NCBI GenBank assembly: GCA_964463085.1
Contig: CAYXAZ010000001.1
Coordinates: forward strand, 21,906-85,905
DNA length: 64,000 bases
Direction of reading: 5' to 3'
Origin: an uncultured Flavobacteriaceae bacterium
GTDB taxonomy: Bacteria; Bacteroidota; Bacteroidia; Flavobacteriales; Flavobacteriaceae
Each line of letters starts with the position of its first letter. Positions within the stretch are counted from its first letter, which is position 1. The translations under genes were made by a program, and so were the position numbers. Under the pieces are notes generated by a model. The model searched no databases. It had not been told where the DNA came from and worked only from the letters and a program-made list of their open reading frames with translations. This document shows positions 41,042-50,873 of this stretch, one piece after another.

Positions 41042-41443
41042 ATGATTTTCTTAAGCTATTTTGCTAAGAGGGTGCAAATTTAAAGCAAAGTTTTAATTCT
41101 ACAAGTTTTTTTGAGAAAATATTAGCAATTAACATCAGTTATTCTTTTGAGATAACATTAAATGATAAATGGTTTAAATTTAACAGATATTTAACCCAAA
41201 TTATGCATTAGAACTTTGTAATGAGAGTTGAAAATACGATAAAATATGACTTTTTAGTATAGCATTCGCTGGTTAAAATTCAAAAAGTAGTGAAACGGTA
41301 TATTTTGAAGTAGTTTCAAGCAGTAATAAATTTTCTAATGCATAATTTGGGCTTGATACTTCTAATTGAATAAACTACGTTAAAACCTGAAAATAAATCG
41401 ATATTTATTTAGTAAATTCGCCCAGATATATAAAATTTATTGC

Positions 41444-44400
41444 ATGACAAATTTTAATTATAAAAAGTGGAACGTTATTTTAGGATGGTTCGCTTTTGCA
41501 ATCGCCTTAATAACCTATGCACTTACTATAGAGCCAACAGTTAGTTATTGGGATTGTGGCGAATATATTTCTACAGCTATAAAGCTAGAAGTTGGACACC
41601 CGCCGGGAGCGCCATTATTTCAAATGTTAGGTGCTTTCTTTGCTATGTTTACTAGCGATTTAACTCAAATAGCAAAGATGGTAAACTTTATGTCTGCATT
41701 AGCAAGTGCTTTTACCATTCTATTTTTGTTTTGGACTATCACAGCTTTAGCTAAAAAAATTATTGGGAAAACAGAAGAATTAACTTCAGGAAAATCAATA
41801 GCAATTTTAGGAAGCGGTTTAGTTGGCGCATTAACCTATACATTTTCTGACAGTTTTTGGTTTAGTGCCGTTGAAGCAGAAGTATACGCTATGTCGTCTT
41901 TTTTGATGGCATTACTATTTTGGTTGGGCTTACGTTGGGAAAGTGAAATGGATTCGCCAAGAGGTCATAAATGGTTATTACTAATTTCATTAGTTGTTGG
42001 CTTGTCATTTGGTGTTCATATTCTATCATTACTGGTTATTCCTTCTTTAGTGTTTATTTACTTTTATAAAAGGTATGATAACATTACTTCTAAAAAATTC
42101 ATTGTTGCTAATATAGCAGCGGTATTTGTGTTGGCTTTTGTGTTTAAATTTTTATTCCCTTATACACTTTCGTTTTTTAGTGCTTCTGAGCTGTTTTTTG
42201 TCAATAATATTGGCATGCCTTTTAATTCAGGAAGTATTATTGCGGGACTCATTTTAATTACTGTATTTTACTTCGCCATTAAATATACACGTAAGAAAAA
42301 TTTAGTAAATGTAAACTTGATTATTTTATGTTTGCTGTTTGTAATGATTGGCTTTTCATCATGGATCATGCTTCCTATACGAGCCAATGCAAATACGACT
42401 ATCAATGAAAATAACCCGTCAAGTGCCAGAGAACTATTAGCTTATTATAATAGAGAACAATACGGTGATGCAAGTATTTTTTATGATTCTTATTATTCTG
42501 AAACCAGAGAACAAGACCGTAATGATCCTTACAGAGATGATAAACCTAAATATGAAAAAGATGAAAAATTAGGTAAATATGTCATTGTAAACCATTACAA
42601 AGATGCCTTGCCAAATTATACAGATAAACATAAAGGTTTTATACCAAGAATGGTAGACCCTTCTCCTAGTGTAGTAGCCAATTATAAAGCTATAGCTGGA
42701 ATTCCACCAAGAAGTAAACGCAGACCCACTTTTGGTGAAAACTTAAAATTCATGTTTCAATACCAGTTTGGTTATATGTATGGCAGATATTTTATGTGGA
42801 ATTTTACCGGACGACAAGATGATGTTCAAGGTAATTTAGATACACATGGTAATTGGTTAAGTGGCATCAATTTTATTGACGAATTGCACTTAGGATCACA
42901 AGATAATTTGCCTGATGAGATTAAAAATAATAAAGGTCGAAATACCTATTATTTTTTACCTCTGATTTTAGGAATTATAGGCTTACTATTTCACATAAAA
43001 TTTGACAAAAAGAATTTTTATATACTATTACTGTTTTTTGCCTTTACAGGATTGGCCATTATTTTTTATACAAATCCAAAACCATTTGAACCCAGAGAGC
43101 GTGACTATGCAGTTGTTGGTTCATTTTATGTTTTTGCTATTTGGATTGGTTTAGGTGTATTGGCATTATTTGAACAGTTTAAAGATAAAATAAATCCTAA
43201 ATCATTAGCAATAGGATTAACCACAGTTTGTTTACTTGCAGTGCCAACCTTGATGGCTTCAGAAAACTGGGATGACCATGACCGCTCAGGTAGATATACC
43301 ACGCATAATAATGCAAAAGCATATTTAGATTCTTGTCAAGAAAATGCTATTATGTTTACCATTGGCGATAATGATACTTTTACACTTTGGTATATGCAGG
43401 AAGTTGAAAATTATAGAACTGATATTAAATTGATAAACACCAGTTTATTAGCTACCGATTGGTATATAGATCAACAAAAAAGGAAGACCTATGATGCAGA
43501 ACCCATTCCTTCGCAATTAACGCATAAACAATATAGAACAGGATCTTTAGATGTTGTGTATCACATTCCAATGGAATTAAAAGGTACTCCTTTGATAGAT
43601 TCTTCTTACAGAGATACTACCAGTGTGTTTTCATCTGAAGCTGATAAAAAACAGTCTGAAAACAGAATAGATATTAAAACTTTTATGAATTGGATTGGAA
43701 GTAGTGATACACGAACACAAATTGACCTGGATGAAGACGGAATTCCTGAAAAGTTCTATCCGACCAATAAATTGAGGATTTATGTTGACAAAGAAGCGGT
43801 GCTAAAAAATAAGATAGTTTCGTTAAAAGACTCTGCTAAGATTGTTCCTTATATTGATATTACGATAGACAGATTAGGCTTGACAAAAAATAGAATCATA
43901 ATGCTTGATATACTGGCAAATAATAATTGGGAAAGACCACTGTATTTTACTGGCGGAGCTCATGCCGACGAAGAATATATCTGGTTGAAAGATTATATGC
44001 AGTTAGATGGTATAGCTTATAAGTTTGTACCTATTTACACACCAAGTAAAGACAAAGATGGCAGGTCTAAAAGTATACTTGAATTAGGTAGAATTGATAC
44101 AGAAAACATGTATAATAATGTAAAAAAATGGAATTGGAAAAATTCAAACAATGATGATATTTACTTAGATGTTGAATCTCGTAAAAATGCGATTTCATTT
44201 AGAAATTATTTAGTGCGCTTAGCAGAAGAGTTTATTAAAGAAGGGCAAAACGATAAAGCAGAAGAAATGCTTGATCTATCTCTAGAAAAAATGCCGGTAA
44301 GAAGATATGGTCATTACGGAATGGTATTAGGCTATGCAGATAATTATTATAAAATAGGTAAAAAAGAAAAAGCTAGAAATGTATCAAACATATTGGTTGA

Positions 44401-44599
44401 TATTTTTCAAGACCGTATAGATTTTTATGGTGGCTTAGACAATTATAGTGCATCTCAACATGCAGAAGATATAGAAGCTACATTTTTAATGTATAATAAT
44501 GTGGTTGCCACTGCAGAAGAACACGATAAAGAGTTTTCTGATAAATTGAAAAAAGGATTTGTCGCTGCCTTAAAAATGTTAGAAGGTATTGAGGAGTAA
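41444..44599 (+). CDS. DUF2723 family membrane glycosyltransferase-like protein
   Basis: WDCGEYI...LEVGHPPGAPLF and AVEAEVY motifs; many TM helices. Confidence 0.88.
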   Translation: MTNFNYKKWNVILGWFAFAIALITYALTIEPTVSYWDCGEYISTAIKLEVGHPPGAPLFQMLGAFFAMFTSDLTQIAKMVNFMSALASAFTILFLFWTITALAKKIIGKTEELTSGKSIAILGSGLVGALTYTFSDSFWFSAVEAEVYAMSSFLMALLFWLGLRWESEMDSPRGHKWLLLISLVVGLSFGVHILSLLVIPSLVFIYFYKRYDNITSKKFIVANIAAVFVLAFVFKFLFPYTLSFFSASELFFVNNIGMPFNSGSIIAGLILITVFYFAIKYTRKKNLVNVNLIILCLLFVMIGFSSWIMLPIRANANTTINENNPSSARELLAYYNREQYGDASIFYDSYYSETREQDRNDPYRDDKPKYEKDEKLGKYVIVNHYKDALPNYTDKHKGFIPRMVDPSPSVVANYKAIAGIPPRSKRRPTFGENLKFMFQYQFGYMYGRYFMWNFTGRQDDVQGNLDTHGNWLSGINFIDELHLGSQDNLPDEIKNNKGRNTYYFLPLILGIIGLLFHIKFDKKNFYILLLFFAFTGLAIIFYTNPKPFEPRERDYAVVGSFYVFAIWIGLGVLALFEQFKDKINPKSLAIGLTTVCLLAVPTLMASENWDDHDRSGRYTTHNNAKAYLDSCQENAIMFTIGDNDTFTLWYMQEVENYRTDIKLINTSLLATDWYIDQQKRKTYDAEPIPSQLTHKQYRTGSLDVVYHIPMELKGTPLIDSSYRDTTSVFSSEADKKQSENRIDIKTFMNWIGSSDTRTQIDLDEDGIPEKFYPTNKLRIYVDKEAVLKNKIVSLKDSAKIVPYIDITIDRLGLTKNRIIMLDILANNNWERPLYFTGGAHADEEYIWLKDYMQLDGIAYKFVPIYTPSKDKDGRSKSILELGRIDTENMYNNVKKWNWKNSNNDDIYLDVESRKNAISFRNYLVRLAEEFIKEGQNDKAEEMLDLSLEKMPVRRYGHYGMVLGYADNYYKIGKKEKARNVSNILVDIFQDRIDFYGGLDNYSASQHAEDIEATFLMYNNVVATAEEHDKEFSDKLKKGFVAALKMLEGIEE

Positions 44600-44671
44600 C
44601 AAATAACGTTCGTTGAGATAGGTTTAATCTCTTGAAGCCTCAAAAGAAAAAATGTCAATTTTGAGAATTGT

Positions 44672-44718
44672 TCCCTTGAGAGCCTGTGCTGAGCGAAGCC
44701 GAAGCAGGACTTTAGGGG
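44672..44718. repeat. Nested REP-like repeat
   Basis: gcctgtgctgagcgaagccgaagc lies within tcccttgagag...tttagggg; the core matches 56496-56510. Confidence 0.55.
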
Positions 44719-44791
44719 TGTTTATGTCGAACTCACAGCTTTTATTTATCTACGATTAGATTTTAAGTATAGAAGAAAACAAAATAGATAG

Positions 44792-45451
44792 ATGAAACCG
44801 TATTTTGTAAAAACGCCAAATTTAGTTCCAATTTTATATCAGCATCAAATTTGGAGTTTTTCATCTAAACAGAAAAACATCTATCTTACTTTTGATGATG
44901 GTCCTACTCCAAAAATTACCGATTGGGTCTTAGATACCTTACAGCATTATAATGCCAGTGCAACTTTTTTTTGTATTGGTAAAAATATTGAAGCACATCC
45001 AACTATTTTTAAGAGAATTATTGATAATGGTCACTCTATAGGTAATCATACTTATGATCATCTTAACGGATGGAAAACCTCTAATGAAGAATATCTAAGT
45101 TCTGTTTTAAAAACAGAGAGGCTCATTGAAAAAGATCAAATCACAAATCGTAAATCACAAATCGTAAATTGTAAATTATTCCGTCCTCCTTACGGAAAGA
45201 TTAAATCTTCACAAACAAAATCGTTACAAAAATTAGGCTATAAAATTATTATGTGGTCTGTTTTAAGTGCAGATTTTGACATGACCATTGATGCTGAAAA
45301 ATGTGTTGATAATGTAATTAAAAATACAAAAAACGGCAGTGTTATTGTTTTTCATGATAGTGAAAAAGCATTTGAAAAGTTGAAAGTAGTATTACCTAAA
45401 GTTTTAGCACATTTTAGTAAAAAAGGATATAGCTTTAAGAGGATAAGGTAA
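44792..45451 (+). CDS. Polysaccharide deacetylase (CE4/NodB-like)
   Basis: LTFDDGP, GNHTYDH, LFRPPYG and IVFHD motifs; heptamer-repeat insertion at 45138-45177. Confidence 0.93.
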   Translation: MKPYFVKTPNLVPILYQHQIWSFSSKQKNIYLTFDDGPTPKITDWVLDTLQHYNASATFFCIGKNIEAHPTIFKRIIDNGHSIGNHTYDHLNGWKTSNEEYLSSVLKTERLIEKDQITNRKSQIVNCKLFRPPYGKIKSSQTKSLQKLGYKIIMWSVLSADFDMTIDAEKCVDNVIKNTKNGSVIVFHDSEKAFEKLKVVLPKVLAHFSKKGYSFKRIR

Positions 45452-45459
45452 GTATAAGT

Positions 45460-45540
45460 TGTCATTCCTGCAAAAGCAGGAATCTCATGAATTAAAGCAG
45501 AATTATTATTGAGTAGATTCCTGCTTTTGCAGGAATGACA
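45460..45540. mobile_element. Inverted pair of TGTC-ended REP-like units (REPIN/MITE-like)
   Basis: Perfect 26-bp inverted repeats tgtcattcctgcaaaagcaggaatct at 45460-45485 and 45515-45540. Confidence 0.85.
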
Positions 45541-45543
45541 GAA

Positions 45544-45784
45544 TAGTTTAATCGAAAAGAATTCCCCTAGGCTCTGCCTCGGGGTTTCCGATTTACCTCT
45601 CCTTGGGAGAGGTCGGAACTGCTTTTCGCAGTTCCGGGTGAGGTAAAATACAAAATTTCGATTTTTGGTCCTAAGACCAAAGCTTGTGCTCAGCTTGACT
45701 GGATATGATCCCGATAGCTATCGGGAGGCGAAATATCCCTATGGCTCTGTCTCGGGGATAGTCGATTTCAAGAAATTTTTTATT
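45544..45784. mobile_element. Non-coding element bounded by two direct-orientation hairpins, with nested palindromes inside
   Basis: Hairpins at ~45561-45584 and ~45734-45757; internal cctctccttgggagagg..ggtgagg unit with a loop insert (45596-45643) and an 18-bp palindrome (45709-45726). Confidence 0.6.
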
Positions 45785-45785
45785 A

Positions 45786-45873
45786 GAGATTCTTCCCCGA
45801 GTACTCGGGGTTCCTCCTTCTGAATGACAGCACAATGTCATTCTGAGTGAAGTATAACGAAGCGAAGAATCTC
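45786..45873. repeat. Tail-to-tail pair of TGTC-type REP units, one carrying ccccgagtactcgggg
   Basis: gagattcttc...gaatgaca (45786-45829) is the inverted counterpart of tgtcattctgag...gaagaatctc (45836-45873). Confidence 0.75.
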
Positions 45874-46001
45874 AATACATTGAGAGAAATAGGCACTTTC
45901 AGAAGTAGTCTAGTTTTTAAAAAATTCAATTAATTAATCCTGATAATTTATAATGATTGTTAGAATTTTTTGTTTTTAGAGTTGTTTTTGTACATTAGTA
46001 A

Positions 46002-46658
46002 ATGTTTTTACACAAGCATCCATATCATCCCTTTATTCCTAAAAATGCTACCAAGTTAATTGTTGGCACCTTACCTCCTCCCCGATTTTCACAAGATAAG
46101 CTATTAGAAGGTGATGTTGATTTTTGTTATGGTAGTCGTAACGGATTATTATGGCCTGTTTTAGATAAAATTTTTGATTTAGACTTACTATTTGAAACCT
46201 CAGAAGAAACAATTACACAACGTAAAGATTTTTTAATAAATAACAATATTGGTATTTGTGATATTGTTGATAGCTGTAAACGAGAAAAAATTGATGCTTC
46301 AGATTTAGGAATGAAAGATGTTAAACTTCGTGATCTAGTCAATTATCTAAAACAATATCCTAAAATAGACACTTTACTTTTTATGGGAGGAAATTCCAAA
46401 AACGGACCAGAATATTTTTTTAGAAGACATCTAAAAGAATATAAATTAAGATTAGAACTTATCATAAATAAAGTACCTAGAATACATCAATTCAATTTAG
46501 AAGATAAAATTATAAAAACCGTTTCATTAACTGCACCATCAGGATCAGCTAATAGAGCTATAGGAAGCATGTATGTATATAAAATCTTAAAACAACAAAA
46601 CCCTAATTTCAATACTTTTAATTTTAGAGTTTTACAGTATACAGAACATTTTACCTAA
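46002..46658 (+). CDS. Uracil-DNA glycosylase superfamily protein
   Basis: LIVGTLPP, FCYGS..G and LTAPSGSAN motifs. Confidence 0.8.
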   Translation: MFLHKHPYHPFIPKNATKLIVGTLPPPRFSQDKLLEGDVDFCYGSRNGLLWPVLDKIFDLDLLFETSEETITQRKDFLINNNIGICDIVDSCKREKIDASDLGMKDVKLRDLVNYLKQYPKIDTLLFMGGNSKNGPEYFFRRHLKEYKLRLELIINKVPRIHQFNLEDKIIKTVSLTAPSGSANRAIGSMYVYKILKQQNPNFNTFNFRVLQYTEHFT

Positions 46659-46828
46659 GGCACTGTTAAGAAATAAATAGTGCAGAATTAGCGAAGTAAT
46701 TTTATTCTTTTTCAAGGCAATCCCGAAGCTTCGGGATCAAGCATAGCATCTCTATAGTTCAAAATTTTAACGCAGTAAAAGGGCAAAAGAACAAGCTAAT
46801 TCTGCACTATTTATTTCTTAACAGTGCC
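46659..46828. mobile_element. 170-bp MITE with 34-bp perfect terminal inverted repeats and a TAA target duplication
   Basis: TIR ggcactgttaagaaataaatagtgcagaattagc at 46659-46692 and 46795-46828; TAA on both sides, the left one being the stop codon; palindrome at 46721-46736. Confidence 0.9.
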
Positions 46829-46833
46829 TAAGA

Positions 46834-47589
46834 TTACAGTAATTTTATACCTTTTTCTCTATATTGATCTAGAATTTTAGAATTTGGATCAAGTTCAGTT
46901 ACTAGTGTATCTAGCGCGTTAATATCGCAAATTTTATACCTGTTAATGGTATTCAATTTTTCAGAAATTGTTAGAGAAACCAATCGTTTAGAGGCATTAA
47001 TCATTGCTTTTTTCAATTGAGCAATTTCCCAATCTATTGCCGTAACACCATCAACTAAGTCAAGATAACCTGTTCCTAAAAAACAAATATCAGCTTTAAT
47101 TTCAGATAAAATATTAATGGTACTTCCTCCTGTTGCTAATTGAGATCTTCTAGATAGTTTTCCCCCAATAAAAATTACCTTATCATTTTCTGATACATTA
47201 TTGAGTAATTCTATTGCCATAGGAAGACTTGAAGTAAAAATGGTAAGGTCTAAATTATGTGGAAGTAGTTTAGCTAATTCTAAATTAGTTGAACCTCCGC
47301 TAATAAGAACAACATCTCCTTTGTTTAACAAAGAAATTCCTTTTTGGGCAATGATAGATTTACTACCCAATTCATAAATTTCCATATTTCGGTCTGAATA
47401 GATATTAAAACCATTTGAAACGGCACCGCCATGTACCTTTTTTAATTTTTTTAAATCGTCTAACTCTTTAACATCCCGGCGTACAGTATCCATAGAAACT
47501 TTTAATATACCTGCCAAATCGGTCAGTAAAATTCTGTTATGAATGTGTACTTCATTAAGAATAACTTGATGTCGTTGTTTTTTTTCCAA
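46834..47589 (-). CDS. DeoR/GlpR family transcriptional regulator
   Basis: VSMDTVRRDVKEL...VHGGA HTH; sugar-phosphate-binding C-terminal domain. Confidence 0.95.
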   Translation of the reverse strand: MEKKQRHQVILNEVHIHNRILLTDLAGILKVSMDTVRRDVKELDDLKKLKKVHGGAVSNGFNIYSDRNMEIYELGSKSIIAQKGISLLNKGDVVLISGGSTNLELAKLLPHNLDLTIFTSSLPMAIELLNNVSENDKVIFIGGKLSRRSQLATGGSTINILSEIKADICFLGTGYLDLVDGVTAIDWEIAQLKKAMINASKRLVSLTISEKLNTINRYKICDINALDTLVTELDPNSKILDQYREKGIKLL

Positions 47590-47774
47590 TAATAAGAAAT
47601 TTTTAAACTAATTTGTAATATTATAAAAATTGATATAAAAATGCAATTTAAATATGGCTTTATTATGTTGTTTGTAATAGATAATATATATCTGTCGAAA
47701 TGACATTGTACTTTATAAATAGTAATAATATTGAATTACCCATTATATTTGACATAGAGCCTAAACACTTTTAA

Positions 47775-47889
47775 TGCAATAAATTTATGCAAATTTAATT
47801 AATTTATGCTGTATTTTCAATAAAACAAAATATTTGCAATATATTTTTGCAATAAAATACAGCAAATTGAAATGTGTTTTGTATATTCG
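47775..47889 (+). promoter_or_regulatory. susC promoter with a candidate DeoR operator array
   Basis: T(G/T)CAATA at 47775, 47816, 47835 and 47848; inverted repeat gctgtatttt/aaaatacagc (47808, 47854); TATATTCG at 47882-47889. Confidence 0.5.
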
Positions 47890-47917
47890 TTCCATACAAA
47901 TATAAATTCTAACTCAA

Positions 47918-50857
47918 ATGAAAAAAAATTATTATCTATTTTCAACGCTCCTGATGGTGTTTTTTGTTCAAAGTTTATTTGCACAATCAATAACTATTTC
48001 GGGTACAGTCACTGAAAAAGGAAGTGGAAACCCGCTGCCAGGTGTTAGCGTGGTTATTCAAGGAACTACAAGTGGAAGTGTTACCGATTTTGACGGAAAT
48101 TATTCTTTCAATGCAGACAATTTTAAAGACAAAAACCTTGTTTTTAGTTATCTCGGGTTCAAAACGACTTCTGTAAAATTAACTGACGAAAGTCAGGTTA
48201 TAGATATTGAATTACAAGAAGACTTGTTAAGTCTAGATGAAATTATCGTTACAGGAAATAGTATTGGAGTAAATAAAAGAACTCTAGGTAATGCCATTTC
48301 TACTTTAAAAGCTAGTGATTTGGTAAACAATGCTGCTATTGCAGTTGACCAAGCCATATCAGGAAAAGTTGCTGGTGCATTGGTACAACAAAATTCCGGA
48401 GACCCGGCAGGAGGAATAAGTATAAGGCTTAGAGGGGCAAGTACAGTTTTAGGGAATTCTGATCCACTATATATTGTAGATGGCATAATTATCAGTAATT
48501 CCAGTGCAAGCCCTTTAGATTTAGGTGGTAATTCTCAAAATAGATTGGCTGACCTTAATCCAAACGATGTGGAAAGAATTGAAATTCTAAAAGGAGCAGC
48601 GGCAGCAGCTATTTACGGTTCTAGAGCCAGTAATGGTGTCGTGCAGGTTTTTACAAAAAGAGGTAAAAAGGGAGCTCCAAAATTTAGTTTTTCTACAAGC
48701 GTGAGAACTAATGAACTCAGAAAGGAAATAGATTATAATACAGCACCCTTACAATGGGTAAATATTTTTGATAGGAATGACCTTGCAACCGTTCCTGTAA
48801 CACGTTATAATTTTCAAGATGAATTTTTTGCTGCCGGTTTTGGAGTAGAAAATTACCTTTCAGTAAGCGGAGCTAATGAAAAAACCTCCTACTTTATATC
48901 TGCGTCACAGTTAGACAATGAAGGAATAATAAAGAATACTGATTTCAGAAGAATTGGTTTTAAAGTAAATATTGATCAAAAAGCATTTGATTGGCTTACT
49001 GTAAGTGCAGGTTTAAACTATGTAAGGAGTCAAAGTAGTGATATGCCAAATGGAGGTATCAATGCTGCTTATGGGGCAATTACAGGATTTGTATTTAGTG
49101 ACAATTCTGTTAATCCGGCACCAAACGAATCAGGAGTATATCCGGTTACATCTTTATTAGTACCTAGAACAAACCCGGCAGAAGCTGTAAATCGTTTTGA
49201 TTTTAGGCAGAAAGTAAATCGTTTTATAACAAGTGTAAGTTTAGATGCAAAAATTACAGAACATTTATCTGCAAAATATACATTGGGCTTAGATTATTAT
49301 AATCAATCAGGTACAGCGTTTATTCCTACCAATAATACATCTCCCAACGCTGATGGATTTGCCCGTAGGTCAGATATTAATAATTTTCAATATAATAGCG
49401 ATTTGAATCTTTCTTATCAAATAGATTTGAACGAAGATATTTCATCGACTACAATATTGGGTGGTTCATGGCAATATGAAGAGTTTGATAGAATTGGTAT
49501 AAATGCCATAGGTTTACCTCCAATTGTTGGAACAGCCACAAGTGGAAGTATTGTTGAACAAGGAGAAAGTAGATCTCAAATTTCTTATTGGGGAGGTTTT
49601 TTACAACAATCGTTTAGCTACAAAGATAAATTATATCTTAATGGAGCTATAAGAATGGACGGTGCTTCAACTTTTGGTGAAAGTGAAAGAGATCAGTTGT
49701 ATGCAAAAGCAAGTCTTTCATATATACTATCTGAAGAAGATTTTTGGGAAGATACCTTTGGTGAAACGTTTAATACTTTCAAACTAAGAGCTTCCTGGGG
49801 ACAAGCAGGTAATTTAACAGCCTTATCAGCTTTTCAGAGGTTTACATTATTAAACCCTTCAGCAATTAACGGGTCAGTAAGTTTAATACCGAGTACAACG
49901 CAAGGGGATCTTAATATTGCACCTGAACGTCAAGAAGAAATAGAAATTGGTTTTGATGCCGGATTTTTTAATAATAGATTGGGTATAGAGTTTACCTATT
50001 ATAAACAAAAAGTAACAGACCTATTATTGACAAGAGAATTAGCTCCATCTACCGGTTTTGGCTCTAGACTTGAAAATGTAGGTAATCTAGAAAACAAAGG
50101 AATAGAATTATTACTACGTGCAATTCCTGTAAAAACTGAAGATTTTTCTTGGGATATTACTGTTACTTATTCTAAAAACGAAAATGTTGTAACTAAAGTT
50201 GCCGGAGGAGGTCAATTTGCATTGGCTGGTAGTTTTGCTACCAACTATGTAATTGAAGGGGAACCTTTAGGAGTCTTTTTTCGACAATTTTATGCTAGAG
50301 AAGCAGATGGAAGTATTTCATTAGACGCTGACGGCTATCCATTTAGAGGAACTACTGCAGAAGGAGCTTCATCTAAAGTGCTTGGTGACCCAAATCCGGA
50401 TTGGTTTGGTTCTTTAATCAATGAGTTTAGTTATAAAAATTTTAGCCTCAGGGTACAATTAGATGCCGTACAAGGATTTGATATTTTCAACTGGAATAGA
50501 AGGTTATTAGATAATGTTATTTTTGGCGGAGGCTCTAATGTAGGAGAAGAATTACTAGGCAATAGACCTAAAGGGTTTGGTCGTGCTCAGGCAGGAATTT
50601 TTGAAGAATTCGTTGAAGATGGATCTTTTGTAAAATTAAGAGAACTCGCTTTGAGCTATAATTTAAAATCGCCATTTAAATCAATCGATGCTATAAAATT
50701 TAGTTTTATTGGTAGAAATTTAATTTCATGGGATGATTACAGTGGTTGGGATCCTGAAATAAATACAGCAGGTCAGAGTAATGGAGTGAGAGGTTTTGAC
50801 TTTGCAGGAGTTCCAATACCAAGAACGTATCAATTAGGTATAAATGTTAGTTTCTAA
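47918..50857 (+). CDS. SusC/RagA TonB-dependent transporter
   Basis: DPLYIVDG and DVERIEILKGAAAAAIYGSRASNGVV motifs; C-terminal F. Confidence 0.97.
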   Translation: MKKNYYLFSTLLMVFFVQSLFAQSITISGTVTEKGSGNPLPGVSVVIQGTTSGSVTDFDGNYSFNADNFKDKNLVFSYLGFKTTSVKLTDESQVIDIELQEDLLSLDEIIVTGNSIGVNKRTLGNAISTLKASDLVNNAAIAVDQAISGKVAGALVQQNSGDPAGGISIRLRGASTVLGNSDPLYIVDGIIISNSSASPLDLGGNSQNRLADLNPNDVERIEILKGAAAAAIYGSRASNGVVQVFTKRGKKGAPKFSFSTSVRTNELRKEIDYNTAPLQWVNIFDRNDLATVPVTRYNFQDEFFAAGFGVENYLSVSGANEKTSYFISASQLDNEGIIKNTDFRRIGFKVNIDQKAFDWLTVSAGLNYVRSQSSDMPNGGINAAYGAITGFVFSDNSVNPAPNESGVYPVTSLLVPRTNPAEAVNRFDFRQKVNRFITSVSLDAKITEHLSAKYTLGLDYYNQSGTAFIPTNNTSPNADGFARRSDINNFQYNSDLNLSYQIDLNEDISSTTILGGSWQYEEFDRIGINAIGLPPIVGTATSGSIVEQGESRSQISYWGGFLQQSFSYKDKLYLNGAIRMDGASTFGESERDQLYAKASLSYILSEEDFWEDTFGETFNTFKLRASWGQAGNLTALSAFQRFTLLNPSAINGSVSLIPSTTQGDLNIAPERQEEIEIGFDAGFFNNRLGIEFTYYKQKVTDLLLTRELAPSTGFGSRLENVGNLENKGIELLLRAIPVKTEDFSWDITVTYSKNENVVTKVAGGGQFALAGSFATNYVIEGEPLGVFFRQFYAREADGSISLDADGYPFRGTTAEGASSKVLGDPNPDWFGSLINEFSYKNFSLRVQLDAVQGFDIFNWNRRLLDNVIFGGGSNVGEELLGNRPKGFGRAQAGIFEEFVEDGSFVKLRELALSYNLKSPFKSIDAIKFSFIGRNLISWDDYSGWDPEINTAGQSNGVRGFDFAGVPIPRTYQLGINVSF

Positions 50858-50873
50858 TCTAAAAAAAATAAAA

